A DNA stretch of 64,000 nt from contig CM114271.1 in NCBI GenBank assembly GCA_050084515.1, forward strand, positions 5,642,001 through 5,706,000, given 5' to 3'. The notes beneath the pieces are model-generated. The model saw only the letters and a program-made list of their open reading frames with translations, did not search any database and was not told the origin of the DNA. Position 1 is the first letter of the stretch. The number at the start of each line of letters is the position of its first letter. Of this stretch, positions 12,721 to 26,627 are shown piece by piece. A program made the position numbers and the translations under genes. Source of the DNA: Blasia pusilla. Its lineage: Eukaryota.

Positions 12721-15700
12721 GTCTGAGAAATCCCACCGCATCGAATCAGAATCCGAATCCTTTCAGAGATTGGGAGACGGAATGACATTTCTCGCCTCTG
12801 AACTGGAACATTTCCAAGTGGAGAAGCTGCGAAAAAGCACTTGAAAATTCTTTGATCCGAAACTCGTGCAAATACAGATGGAACAGTCAGAATTCAGTCG
12901 TGACAATCCTTCCAAGTCGCTTTCCAGTAGAGCACATAAGCAATACTTACTCGCGTGGGCTTAGCATACTTCCCCAATTACTTACCATTAAATGTGTCAG
13001 AGAATGTAGCGAATGCAGACGGAATAGTCGGAATGACTCGGATTCGGTCGTGAGAATCCATCCAAGTCGCTTTCTTCTAAATGTGGTTTTATGACTATTA
13101 CTCTTTTTTAATTCACAAATACTGTAGCACGATTCTTTTCTCTATTCAATGTCAAATGATTTTTTCTATTTTTTGAATGTTCTTCTAGTGAGTTTCTTCC
13201 TTAATCTTGCTGTACCGTAAAGAAACTTAATTTGAAATTGGAAGTCTCAAGGAAACAATGAAATAAAAAAATATATAATTTTAAGAGTTCAAATTCGTAG
13301 AAATAATTGCTTCAAAAAATTAATCATATACGAGTATAATCTGAAATAAGACGTCTCAATATATTATTAAATCCCTAAAACGCAGCTTTTAACACCATGT
13401 CATTACTTTTCGAGTTTTTCTAAAAATTAAAAATAAAACAAGCATAACCGACAAAAATAATTTTAGTCGGCTTTGCCCTGAAATCTGTGAAAGAGTAATT
13501 GTTGGAATATTAATTATTACTTAGTTAACGATTCACATAGGACAATTAACTTAGTTATTAACTTATTACGCATTCAAAGGTCAATGGATATAATGTCTCC
13601 TATTAAGTGTTCACCTGGTGGCTTTGCGGAATTTCTCTAAACTAACGCTGAGTTAATTACCACGAGTCCAACACGGACTACTTAATCGGCAAGAATGATT
13701 CCTAATTAGCCTTGTTAGGCGTCTTTAGGCATCTATTTGAACTGTAATCATTAGCCGTCCAATTGGGATTATAGGATTATAAACGCGCGATCGAATGAAA
13801 AGTAGAAGTCGTATTAAAAAAATCTTATTATTTTTGGAAGTAATAATAAAGACCATAACTCACATTAAATAGAAAATAACAAGATGGACTAGTGCATACG
13901 TGAATGTATGTTTGAGAAATTTTCTTAACGCTTTGTTCCAAAAAAGGACTAGTAAGGTGCCGTGATGCCCGGGTATAAAATATTAATAAAAAGAAATTTA
14001 TTTCAGGAAAATAGTTTTTTTATATCACATTTCATGTTTTTTCATTTGAAAATGTATCATTTTTTATTGTTATATTAATTATTTTTTTGTCTACTTTTGA
14101 CAATGCTTCATATAATTGATCATGATAAAGTATTGGTGGAGGTAGGTAAATTTCTATATTTTTTAAGATTTATCTTGAGATTTATTGATAGTCATGGAAA
14201 AAGTAAGACGAATAAGAAATTGAAATCTACGAAAATCAAAAGATAAACCCGAGTCTGATGCAATCTATGGAATTCGTGGAATAAATACTCGATCAGGAAT
14301 AAGATCCACTAGTGCATACGTGAATGTAAGTTTGTAAATTTTTTTGAATGGTTTTGTTCCATAAGGACTAGTAAGATGCCCGTACGATGCACGGATATAA
14401 AAGATCAATAAGAAGAAATTTATTTCACTAAATTATTTCTTTATGCACCAAATTTCGTGTGAAGTGTCATTTTTCATCTGAAAGTGCATCATTTCCTATT
14501 GTTGTATTAATTTCCTTTTTTTGTCCTACTCTTGACAATGCTATATATAATTAAGCATGAGAAAATATTGATATAGGTAGGTAAATTCTTATATTTTTCA
14601 AGGTTTGACCTTGAGATTTATTGATAGTCATGGCAAAAGCAAGACGAATAGGAAATTGAAATCTACATAAATCAAAAGGTAAACCCGAGTCTGATGCAAT
14701 CAATGGAATTCGTGGGATAAATATTCGATCTCCAATGTTCTTGCCTGTGATAATTTTGGTATCAATAACATGTTGCATGAATCCATATCGCCCTAACCCG
14801 ATCAAGTAAGCTAAGAAAACAAGAAAATAATAGCCCGTGAAAACAAAGCGACACGACATCCCTCCTATGCGACCACATGGCCTGGCTTTCGTAAAAAAAC
14901 TAAGAGCAAAGGCATAGGGCTCCGAGCTCCGAACGAGCAAAAATAGCAAGGTAAAATGCAGGGATCCGAGAGAGCACGCAAATGAAGGAGAGTGAGCAGA
15001 GAAATCGATAGCTGGGAGAGTAGGCCGAAAGTCGGGCAAAGAGTCGGGGAAGAGCAGGTAAGTCCACAAATGGTTGCTGGAATGGAGAATTGTGCACTTC
15101 GTGATATTACAAATATACCTCCTAACTTGCCGCATGTAGAAGTACCTCCCACTCCTTTGATTCTAATATCCCCAACGTATAGTAACCAAGTTCATGTAAT
15201 CTCTTTTTATAGTCAGCTTTTGTGAGGGTTTTGCATTGCATTTTTACCCATGTATTTAACAATATGAATGCCTTATTGTACAGACTTGCTCTTCTAAAAA
15301 ATCCTTCAGATTTACGTGATTATGAAAAGGTATTGCGTGCTGAGGCCCAAAAACAAAATCGAGCAATTTGGGATCAAAAGTTAGGAGATCGGAGAAAATA
15401 ACAACCACCGAAAGGCCTCATTCAATCATCTCCCACGTATGTTTTGCCTATGGCCCTACACAAGAAAATTTGTGGTGTCTCAAACTAACTTTGTTCCATG
15501 CTAATTGGTTGACAGACTTATTATTCCATCAAATCAAACTTCTTTTCGTGACTTTCAAAAGGTGTTGCGTGGGGAGGCCCAGAAACGAAAATGACTTCCC
15601 CGTGTAGAGAGTTTAGCACTGAAGAAACAAAAAAAAATGCAATCTATCATAGAGATTACAAAAGATGAAGGGAAGTTCAAGTAGGAGGCCGTCACAACCT

Positions 15701-16112
15701 CTGTGAAGATGGAACTACCATGCTAGAGCTAAGTTCTTCCTCCATGATTAATGATAAAACATGGTATGTACTTTCTCACGGTTTCTATATCACAAATATA
15801 ACGCATATTCCAATGAAATTTTTATGATGCTATTCTAACTTTTTGTTTGTAGGCCCGTGACTCATGAGGGGATTACAGATATTCCCAATCTAACATGTCA
15901 CATTCCTATTATGGAGGATATCTGTATACCTCAAGACATACAACCTATTAATAATTCTACGACCATTATGGAGGATATATCTATTCAACAAGATAATGAC
16001 GTTATAGTCGTCGAGCAAGTATCTTCTGCATGTCATCGATTAACTCTCCCAATTGAAAGAGCTCAATAACCGAGTCATACATGTGTACATGAAGATGGTC
16101 AACCTATGAATA

Positions 16113-19100
16113 ATGCTCCAACTATTATGGAGGACATGTCTATTCAACAAGATGAGGAGGTTATCAACAATATCTCCACACTTAATACATTCGAGGTGTG
16201 AAAGGGTGAAGAGTACAATGTATCGAAACTTGCCTTTTGGAATGTGTTGTAATCATGGAAAAGTACAACTCCCATTCTTAAGGTGTTCTCCTCCTTTCTT
16301 GAAATCTTTGATTTCTGGTGTTGGAGCTCAAAGTCTACATTTTCTTTCACACATTTGAGCTTATAATTGTGCTCTTTAGTTAGCATCTACTGGAGCTCAC
16401 GTGAAGGAGCAAGTTGTTGGCACCGGACACTTTCGTATTCAAGGTGGAATTTATCACAAGATCAGCCCATTGCATCCAAACAAGGGAAGTAATCCCCAAT
16501 TTGCTCAACTATACATCTACGATATTGAAAATGAACTAGAAAATCGAGGAAGAGTTATGTCTGATGATCTTCGACCAGATATCTTAAGAGGGTTGCAAGA
16601 TATGTTACATGAACATAATCCCTATCCGAGGATATTTCAACACATTGCAAATGAGGCAAGTGGACCTAATCTTCATATCATTCTAATGGCGCATAATCAA
16701 GGAATGGACTCCAAACGTTATACCTTACCAACTGCATCTGAGGTTACTGCCATCTTACCTCGTGATGGTAGTGAACATATTAACCCACGTGATATTATTG
16801 TTCAATTATATGGTAGAGGAGTTCGTCGTATTTTAGATCTAAATTAAACATATATTCCATTGCATTTTGTTCTATTGTTTGTCTTTGGTAAGCAGGATGG
16901 CATCCAAGTATACCTCTTGGGAGATTTGAAGAAACCACAACTCAAATATTCCTACTACCGTTGTCGTGTTAAGAGCCTTTCTTCGAGTAAGGATGGACCT
17001 TCTAGCTACGGCAGATGTGGTCGATTCAAGGTAAACTCTCTAAGAAGTTCTATTTTTTCAATACAAAATTATTATGTATAATCTCTATTCTCTCATGACA
17101 GGTATCACAAATGGAAGTGCCGAGGCGATCACTTCTTTGTAACATCAGACCCCGAAATTCCTAACTATAAAATCCTTATAAACTACTTTACGCTTGTACA
17201 CGAGGAAGATAGCACAACTAGTGTTAAACCCTACTTGTGCAGGCGTATTGACGTCCATGGATCATTATATAAGAACATACAAAGTATAATCCCATATCCT
17301 TCCATATATGACGATAGGAAGAATCGCCGGAGTTGGAGATTGTATGACCTGGTTCATGAACGCCTCCCCTAAGTGATAAACTAAATAACGAGTGAAACAG
17401 TGTCTATCTACAAAAAGTACCTTGACATGGTAAGGATTGAGGAAAGGAAAGTCGGGCACAACTCGTACTCCACCCCTATCCATGCTTGACAAACATTCTC
17501 TACTCTCTTTAAGAGGGGTAATCCACTCTCATTGGGAAAATAACAAGCCAAAACATTCATTATTTTAGTATGACTAAACTTCTCTAAGATGACAAGCCTC
17601 TCATCTCCACACACACACACCACACTCTAGAAACCTCTCGACGAATAGACCATGATCAAGTTACTTTCCCAAGAGGGGTGATCCACTCTCATTGGAAGAG
17701 CAAGAAATCCCAAAGCCATACACTCAAGAGTGACATGTGAGACTCAAGATTTGAAATAGAAGATGATGAAACCTTGAAGGTCCCTCCGCTTTATATACTC
17801 ACAAGGGATCCACTAGAGTACGAAATAGAGCTAATATTATCTTATGCCACATGGCTACCTCTCAAGGCTTAGCCAATCACATTTTGACACAAGTAGATTT
17901 CCTCTTATCTCTTCCAAAACATCCTCTTTTACCCACTTGATATTTTCCAAATTACCCTAGCCTAGCCACCAACCAAGACTACTTTTGTTTTTATAAAGTC
18001 ATCTTTTATTTATTACCTCTTTTCCTAAAGTTGGGCCCACATAAAAGAGGCACCATAAAGAAGTTTAAACATTGGAATTTCCTTTTCCTAGACTAATTTA
18101 CATAATACTAATAAAACTCTATCTAACACTTAATGAGGAAGGAGTTTACACACTTGCTGATTTTACTATACGACACCGTGGATGGAGATATGGAAGAATT
18201 GGATGATTATGTAGAGGAAGAAAGAATTGATTATGAGATTCCTCATAAAGGAAGGATAAAAACTATTACAACGCTGCAATTTGCATCTTTTCAACTTGAA
18301 ACCCGTGTCGGTACCGAAGACGATAATCGTTTGCTTCGATTGTGTCGTCTTACTCAAGAGTACATGGTTGATATGTATGCTATAATATAGATGCAAAAAA
18401 TATCTTGGGTTTGATTAAATCAAAAGGAGTTAGGAGTTGAATTATATCAAGGTCTAAAGGATGTCCTGTATCAAAGTGACAGAGATGGTGCAAGGTTTGG
18501 GAGGCATATTGTATTGCCTTCTTCTTTTAGTGGAGGTCCACGCCATATGCATCAACTTTATCAAGATCCAATGGCCATTATGAGGCACCATAGAAAACCG
18601 GATTTCTTTCTAACAATGACATGCAATCCTAAATGGGAGGAGATGACATCAGCACTAACTTGGTCAACAACCTACTGATAGATCAAATTTGATTTTATGA
18701 GTTTTTGAGAAAAAAAAAGACTAATTAAGGCTTATTCTCAAGAAGCACATCTTGGGAAGGGTTGTTGGTTGCATTCATGTGGTTGAATTCCAAAAAAGAG
18801 GATTATCACATATGCATATTTTGATTATTCTGGATCATGAGGATAAGCCACGCTCAATATCCCATTATGATGATATAATATCTGCTGAGATCCCTAATCT
18901 AAACACTCATCCCAAACTTCATACTACGGTAGCTAATTGCATGGTTCATGCCCCATGTGGACAACTCAATCCAAATGCTCCATGCATAGATAAGGAAACC
19001 AAGAAGTGTAACAGAGGCTATCCTAAGCCTTTTGCAAGCATAACTACAGAGAGTGAGGATGGATATCCAATTTATCGAAGGTATGCAATCTATCACTAAA

Positions 19101-21912
19101 TTTTGCATCTTTTGGATCTGCAAAACTTCCAGACCTCATGATTTATTATAAGGTGTATCTATATTAATTTATTCCCTCATTCTTATGATACATGTTGGAT
19201 AATGGAATAAAGGTAATAAAGCGCACTCAAAGTTTGGACAACCGTTGGGTTTTTCCTTACAAGCCTTTGTTATGTACATTCTTTGATTGTCATATCAATT
19301 TGGAAATGACGAATAACATTTCAACTGTGAAATACATATATAAATATGTATATAAGGGATCTGATGCGATATCATTTAAGGTTTCAAATGATGCAACCAT
19401 TGAAACGACAAGGGAGACAATCGATGAAACATCATATTATCTTGATGCGAGGTAAGTGACTCTTTTGTAACTTTTTTTTTCATTGCTTCAATATGTCTAT
19501 AGATTCAAGAACATATGAGACCTTACTAATTTTGTTTTATTAATATTATTGTGTATCACATATAGATATGTTTCTTCCTCCAAATCATGTTGGAGATTGT
19601 TCAAGTTTAGCTTACAAGCCGAACATCCAAGTACTGTAAGGTTGGCGGTTCATCTACTGGAGTTACAAACCATTTTCTTCATTGATCACAACAATGTTGA
19701 GGAGATACTACAAAGGAATAGGAAGAGAACTCTTACACAATGGTTTGCAACTAATCACTTAGATTTGGAGGCTCAAAAATATCTATACATCGAGTTTCCT
19801 TCCTCTTATCGTTGGAGCCATAAAGAATGGATTCGAAGAATTCAAAGGAGAAATGGTTGTGGTCATCCCATTGGTCGTTTATATCTTACTCACCTAGATA
19901 AATATGTTTACAATTTCTACAATGTACTTACAAATTACGTAAAATTTCAAGCATCATTTAATAATTTTTATGTGTGGTATATTAAGTGATTACATTCAAG
20001 TTTTCATAGGTGAAGGAGAATGACATTGGTTGCGATTTGCTGCTTCATCATGTTCGAGGCGCAACTACGTATGAATACTTGAGAATTGTGCAAGGAGTGC
20101 TATATCCAACATTTAAGGAGGCAGTTATTCAAATGGGTCTTCTTGATGATGATAGGGAAGTGTTCTCATGCTTTCAAGAAGCATAAGAAATCCGCAGAGG
20201 TCGAAGCCTTCGTCAACTGTTTGCTATTATTCTCGTTTACAACAAACCAACTCGACCTGCTCAACTATGGAGTCAATTTTTTATCTCACTCATAGAGGAT
20301 ATTTTACATAAATGACGCCATATAATTCTCATTCCTACTTCCATGATAACAATTATTATTTTCTCCTTTTCTTTTGGACTTATCTCCCAAATTGTGGCCT
20401 TTATGCAGAAAACAGGGATTTTGGATCTTCCTCCAAACGCTTTAATTATTAACACCACATTATTGGAGCTCCACTACCATTTGCAAGATCAAGGAAAACG
20501 ATTATCTCATTTCCCATATATGTCTCAAGCGGATTTCCAAGCTTCATCTTTATATTTGTATTTGGAAGCAGAAGAGCTCGCATATGATTGAGATTACTTA
20601 CATGAATAAGCTACGTAAGGAGAGCAAAATTTGAATGATGGACAATGGTTGATTTGGGATGCTATACACGATAAACTTGATAGTATTATTTCTGGTGATA
20701 TTTCTTCTGGTTCAAGATTATTCTTCATTGACGGGCCTAGCGGAACTGGAAAAACCTTTTTATACAATCTTCTTCTTGCAAGTGTAAGAGTTGCTGGAGG
20801 CATAGCTTTAGTAGTCGCTTCATTGGGAATAGCTGCTTTGTTGTTAAATGGAGGACGCATTGCGCATTCATGTTTCAAGATTCCAATTAATGTAGATGAA
20901 AATCCACTTGCAAGTAAGTATATATTCATTTCATGACTTTGTATTTCTTTTAATGTGGTAAAGAGAACACTTTCCCAACATACTAATATCATTTGGTTTG
21001 TTATTTTATAGTTTACCTGTTAATAGCGAAGCTATGCGCTTGATTCAAAAGGCTTGGCTTATAATATGGGATGAGGCACCAATGACTCATCGCCATGCAT
21101 TTGAGGCTGTAAATAAAACTTTTCAAGATATCATGGGAGTGGTATCACAAGACTTGAGGAATGTTCTGTTTGGTGGCAAATTAATGATCTTTGGATGGGA
21201 TTTTTGCCAAGACATACCCGTTGTTCCTCATGGAGACCGGCCAAAATTTATTCAAGCTTCATTAAAGAGGTCATATTTATGGTCTCATGTGAGGGTAATG
21301 AAGCTTACAACAAATATGAGAGTTCAAAATTTGGAAGTGAAAATGCGTGTACATCAACAAGCTTTTGCAGATTGGTTTATTGGAGGTTGGAGAGGGTCGT
21401 GTGCCTTTGGAATCTCATTTGGGAGAGGATTTTATACGATTGCCAAATCGTATGGTGACCAAGAGTAAGAAGATAAGTGATCTTATTAACATCATCTATG
21501 GAAATGATTATGAAAAGTTTCGTGACATTAACTTTTTAAGAGATACAACAATTCTTACACCGAAAAATCGAGATATTAATGACATCAATGCAGAAGTGAT
21601 GTCTCAATTCTATGGATATTGGTTTCCAAATAATTTTCATGTTATTTTCTTCACAAGTACTTGAATCATATTATGCATCAAAAACTAAAAGCATCTTCTA
21701 AGATATGATTGTTCTATGCAGGAACGTATTTATCTTAGTGTTGATTCTGGGATGAGTTATATCTATCTGACATAATTTTTAAATACGTGCTTACCGTCAG
21801 GTTTACCACCACATCATTTAAGCTTGAAAAATTGGTGCACCTATAATGCTCTTACGAAACTTGAATGGTTCAAAGGGACAAGCCAATGGAACTCGATTGG
21901 TGATCCGTGGAT
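16113..21912 (+). pseudogene. Helitron RepHel pseudogene (Zn-finger/N-terminal region, HUH Rep, Pif1 helicase), with introns
   Basis: CCNHGKVQLP, FRIQGGIYH, PQFAQLYIYD, EFQKRGLSHMHILI (HUH), DNRWVFPY, KYIYKYVYKG (Y2), FIDGPSGTGKTFLY (Walker A), IIWDEAPM (Walker B), ILTPKN, NGTRL. Many stops and frameshifts. Confidence 0.95.
17138..18150 (-). mobile_element. Probable solo LTR (~1.0 kb) inserted in Helitron A
   Basis: Interrupts RepHel. Termini TGTAAC...TTTACA. Minus-strand TATATAAAG near 17790, a CA microsatellite and an internal short duplication (17511/17671). TSD is imperfect (CACTT[CTT] / CACTT). Confidence 0.65.
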
Positions 21913-23641
21913 AGCACTTGTCTTCCTGGTCGATTTTAGGTAACCATGTGGGCTACTAGGATTTTACAGATCTCTTGAGAGAGCGATTAATTCTCTCCAG
22001 AGACAACTATTTGCATTGTAGACATGAAGGAGTACATGCAAAGAGATGGTGAATAGATAGCATTACATGATACAGCTGAATAGCTTACACGTTAACATTG
22101 AAGGAAACACACACTTGCATTAATTTCCTTCTTTTCCTAGCTAGCTTGGGACGCAACATCTGTTGTCTACTCCTACTCAAACTGCTAGTAGAATCCTCCT
22201 GATTTTTCCGCTCAGAATAAACTTCCATATGTTCAAGGCTTCTCATTGGTTCTGGCATATACTCTTCTGAGCTAACGCTTTACTGTTTTTTGCTCGGCTG
22301 AGCATCCTCTTTTGGAGGACGTCTCGATTTTGACTTAACTTGAAACTCAATAGATTGGACAGGTTTCTTGGAGCTGCTATCTAGCTCAATTATCGGATGG
22401 CAATGTGATTCTGTGGAGGGCATAGAATCGCTCTTAGCATCACCAAAACCTGGCTTGCTTTCATAACCCAACCTAGTACCCCATTGTGGTTCGAGATGGA
22501 TTCTTTCAACCATCCGACTCGATTGCAACTTGACTAATCTTTTGGTGAGATCGGAGACCATGCTGGTCTTTTAGAAGGTATAATATCCATAGGCTTAACT
22601 CCATAGTGTTTCTTCAATATGGACGGGTGAGCTTCTTTTTTCACTGTGGCTTTTCCCTTGGCTTGTGTCGACTTCATAGCAGTGCGTCTTTGAGTCATAC
22701 CTGAACGTTCTTCCGTTCTGTACAATCAGGTAAATTGTCAGTTGTCTTACCTTGTGTTGTTTAACTTTGGCGGGTTTCAAAGAAAGCATTGAAGGAGACT
22801 TGCAAGATTGAAGACAAAGGGCATTTGTTGTAGATCCGAACTTACTTGGTGATGATGAAGGAGTCCTATATGTTTCTCCTTGTGTATTCCTGCAAACAAA
22901 TGTAAACTCAATGAGCAGATTGGTTGTGTAACCTTGCTCCGAGTGTAAATTGATTTGACATATATTTATAATAGCACTGTACCACTATGAATAGTATGAA
23001 GCGCACCTGTGTATACTTTCTGAAACTCTTATAGAAAAAACTCAAATTTCAGCTGCTAACTTTTTCTCCTTGTGTGCATTCCTATCAATAGATGTAAGTG
23101 TAGACCATCATTAGAAACGTAGCGATAGGAGTAAATGATAAGGTTGTAGCAATAGCATTATGAAAAGTATAAAGCACCATTATATACCTGTGTAAAACTT
23201 TGGAAGTCTAATAAAAAAATGCAAATTTTAAGTGAGTTGCTAATTCAGCTGGTTCTGTGACTTGTTGAACAACGCGACATCCTAGTGCTTCTGGCAGATG
23301 TTTCAATACTTGCCTGTATGCATTCCCGAAGTGGCAAAGAACTCAAATTTCAAATAAGATTAGGCGGAGATTAGGATTCTAGCTACCACCTAACCCTAAA
23401 TTAGATTTGATTAGAATCCTAACTATCATTGATTTGATCCGGTTTGGTGAAAATGGCTATACAAAATACTAATGGTAAAATGGGAGTTCCTTGTACTCTC
23501 AGGTTTTATGCGTAAAAAATCAGAATAGAAAAGGGAAAATTTTAAAGCGACACATGGCACACGGAGAACTATCCTTGAGAGACATGTGGCAAGCACAGGC
23601 CGCTCCATACCAAAATGTTCATCCTCTTTTAATAGTATAGA

Positions 23642-26627
23642 TTTATTTTTCGTGCGACTATCTTCCTTGTTATTGAATGCTTTTCGGTTTAATAGCAATA
23701 TGAGTGTGATTTTTCTTCCCTTATAAATAACGTTATGTACAATTGATCATAAATAAAAATAAGGATAATTAAGTATATTTTAGTGGCTTCCAAAACTTGG
23801 AAAATTCATTAATAGTTATAAAAAAGTTCAACAAATAGGGAATTTAAATCTACGTAGATAAAATGAAAAAAAATATAATTAATAGGATATATGATTATCA
23901 TCTATAAAATATTTTAAGAATCAATGAATCACCAATCTAGTCTTGTTTGCTTGTCTTTGTGATCCATTCATGAAATGAAAAATCAAATATAATTAATGGG
24001 ATATATGAAATAAAAATTTGATTCTCGATATTTTTCGCTTTGACGATTTTATCATCTATACAATATTTTATGAATCAATGAATCACCAATCTAGTCTTGT
24101 TTGCTTGTCTTTATGATCCATTCATGTTTCATAAGGACATGATTGGTGCACCAATCTTCAGCCACAAATATTGTGGTTGTAGTCTAAAAAGCAAGCATAT
24201 GTTTAAAAATTCTATGGGATATATATGAATCATCCTCTTCGTTTGGAATAAAATCAACGTTGAGGTATATATGCTTCTGTAAACAATAATAGAGAACGTG
24301 ATAAGAAGAGTAACAAGAAAACTTTATTAAATGATTAATGAAATAATGTGGAAATTAGAAAGAATAAGAGCGAAATGATTATTACCTCTCCACAATTTGA
24401 GATATGACATATGCATTTATATTGTCAACATCTCTATTTCCCAATGTTATAATAGCCATATCTGTTACGAAGTCAATATTATGGAATTGGCTATAGAAAT
24501 CTCCATATATGGTATTAATAAGATCATATATCTTATTGTTGATGGTAATAATATAAAGTCGTCTCCCAAATGAGGGTATAGAGGTACACGATCGTCTCCC
24601 ACCTGCCATAACCAATTAACAAAAGTCTGTTGGTCATCATGCAAATGAACTTCTAAACTTTGTACTTGCATGTTTGTAGTTAACTTCATCACATTCAGAA
24701 AAAGTCATAGATATAACCTCTTTATAGTGTCCTGGATGATTTTTGGACGATCCCTATTACAAGCAATACACAAGACTTGAAGAAAGTCACCACCAAATAT
24801 CATGAGTTAATTTGCCATCAAATGATACATGTCACAATTCAAGAGAGACTACTAATCTCTTGTTAAGCACAATTCACTACCTCAAATGTATAGCAATGAC
24901 TTATAGGTGCCTCATCCCATATAATAAGCATTGCAACCCATATTAAGCATGCTCTTGGGCTATTGACTGATAACTACAAATGACACGTCATTAGAAGTAA
25001 ATTATAACTTGCTATTTATAGAAGAATTACATTAATTTATTGAGAAAATTGGGTTTTAAGTGTATAGGTTGCTTACTTGCATGTAGAGCTCTCACAAAGA
25101 TTGATCAGAATCTTCAAGCATGAATGTGCAAAACATCATTTGTCTAACAATAGCGCAACTATTTTGGATGATTCCATAGTCAAAACTATAACCCTTGCAT
25201 TCCGTACACTTGCAAGGAGGAGATTGTATAAAAATATCATCCCTATTCCATTTGGATTGTCTATGAAAAATATTTTTGGAGGTGATAGAGCATTGAAGCA
25301 TATATTTGATCAAGCTCATCATATATAACATCTTGAATAACATATTTTCCATCATTCAAACATACTTCTCCCATTCGTACTTGTTGAAATAATTCATTAG
25401 TATCGTATGATAGCTCTTGTTCCTCTAAATATAAATATGCATGAAGGTTTTCAAAGTTAGTTTGTTGTATGTCTAGAAAATTGAACAATCTCTCCCCTTG
25501 ACCTTGCAAATATTAATGGACTTCCAATAACAAAATATTAATAATAGAATCATGAGCATGATTATTAGTAATTCTTATTTTCTACAATGGAAGAGTCCTA
25601 TAATTAATATATATATATATATAGCTCACAATTAGTTTGTTTGACGATGAATAGAAGATACTATAAGCAATCTAGGATTGATCACGTTGTTTGAAGTGGT
25701 ACAAATAGATTGTTACATGTCATTGTTCATATAACTTATAAGAGATCCTTATTCATTGGATCTAAATATGAACTCCATAGTGTGGCTACTTGAGCAGGTA
25801 TGTTGTAAGCTAAAATAATTACAAATAGACGTAGAAATGAACATCTTAAACGGATCATAAAAGCTTCAATTTAAGTTGTCAGAAAGATAGTCATAGCACA
25901 AGTGCAATGGATATTATTGATGAGATATTGTCATATCTCAATGCGAGATAAGATCTTCCTAACTGAATTTGCTCTCCCATTATATTTTCTTTCTAAATTT
26001 CAATTCGAAAGTTATATGTAATTACTTTGAATTCTTATTATAGATATTTATCCGCATCGGAGGCATGTTAGCATGGCAAATCTTCAAGTTTAGTTTGTAT
26101 GCAAAACATCTTAGGATTGTAAAATTAGCAATTTGATCATCTTCTAGAGCTATAGAAAATTTACTTCAATGATATTGATGTTCCTCAAAATATTTTGCGA
26201 TAAAATAGAGAGACGATTCTAACACAATGGTTTGCAACAAATCTATCGGACTCTACTACTCGACCATGTCTATGTGTTGATTTTCCATCGTATTATCATT
26301 GGAGTAATAAGAGAAGCTTAAATAATATTGTATCTAAACCCTTATATACATATTTATATAACTTTATTTAACCGCAGAAACACTACTCAAGATCTCCAAA
26401 TTAATATCTTAATCAAAAGGGATACATAATAATGGGTTGTACGGCACCACCCAATGATTATCCAACGAATGTTCGCATTTCATTATCGCTTTCCCCTCCT
26501 CCAATGTGAAAAAAAAGATTAATGAATAAACCATCTCATGTGCCACGAAATAAATAGAGAGAGGTAAAGATAGAGTGATAAGAATCGCGATAGATTAGAA
26601 AGGATAATCATCTTCCATCTCTATAGT
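23642..26627 (-). mobile_element. Highly degenerate Helitron (B) remnant (Rep tail and Pif1 helicase)
   Basis: Minus-strand remnants: EMEDDYPF, DNHWVVPYNPLL, YLYLEEQELSYD, IWDEAP, MKLTTNMQVQ, LPSTI, QLYITL. Collinear with Helitron A. Includes a local ~75-bp duplication (~23917/~24050). Confidence 0.8.

Larger units (their letters stand above)
13889..23641 (-). mobile_element. Degenerate Helitron (A) with duplicated 3' end and an internal ~7.1-kb inversion
   Basis: 5' end A|TCTATACTATTAAAAG at 23641 (-). 3' hairpin CCGTGCATCGTACGG...CTAG|T ending at 14368, with a second copy at 13949. The helicase C-terminus (RFQFPIRLAFAMTINKSQGQTL) is on the minus strand at 14550-14785. The rest of RepHel is on the plus strand inside the inversion. 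Confidence 0.8.

Noticed and set aside
14551-15135. 194-aa ORF ending in helicase motifs
   Set aside because: A chance read-through across the inversion breakpoint at 14785/14786; only the C-terminal part is helicase.
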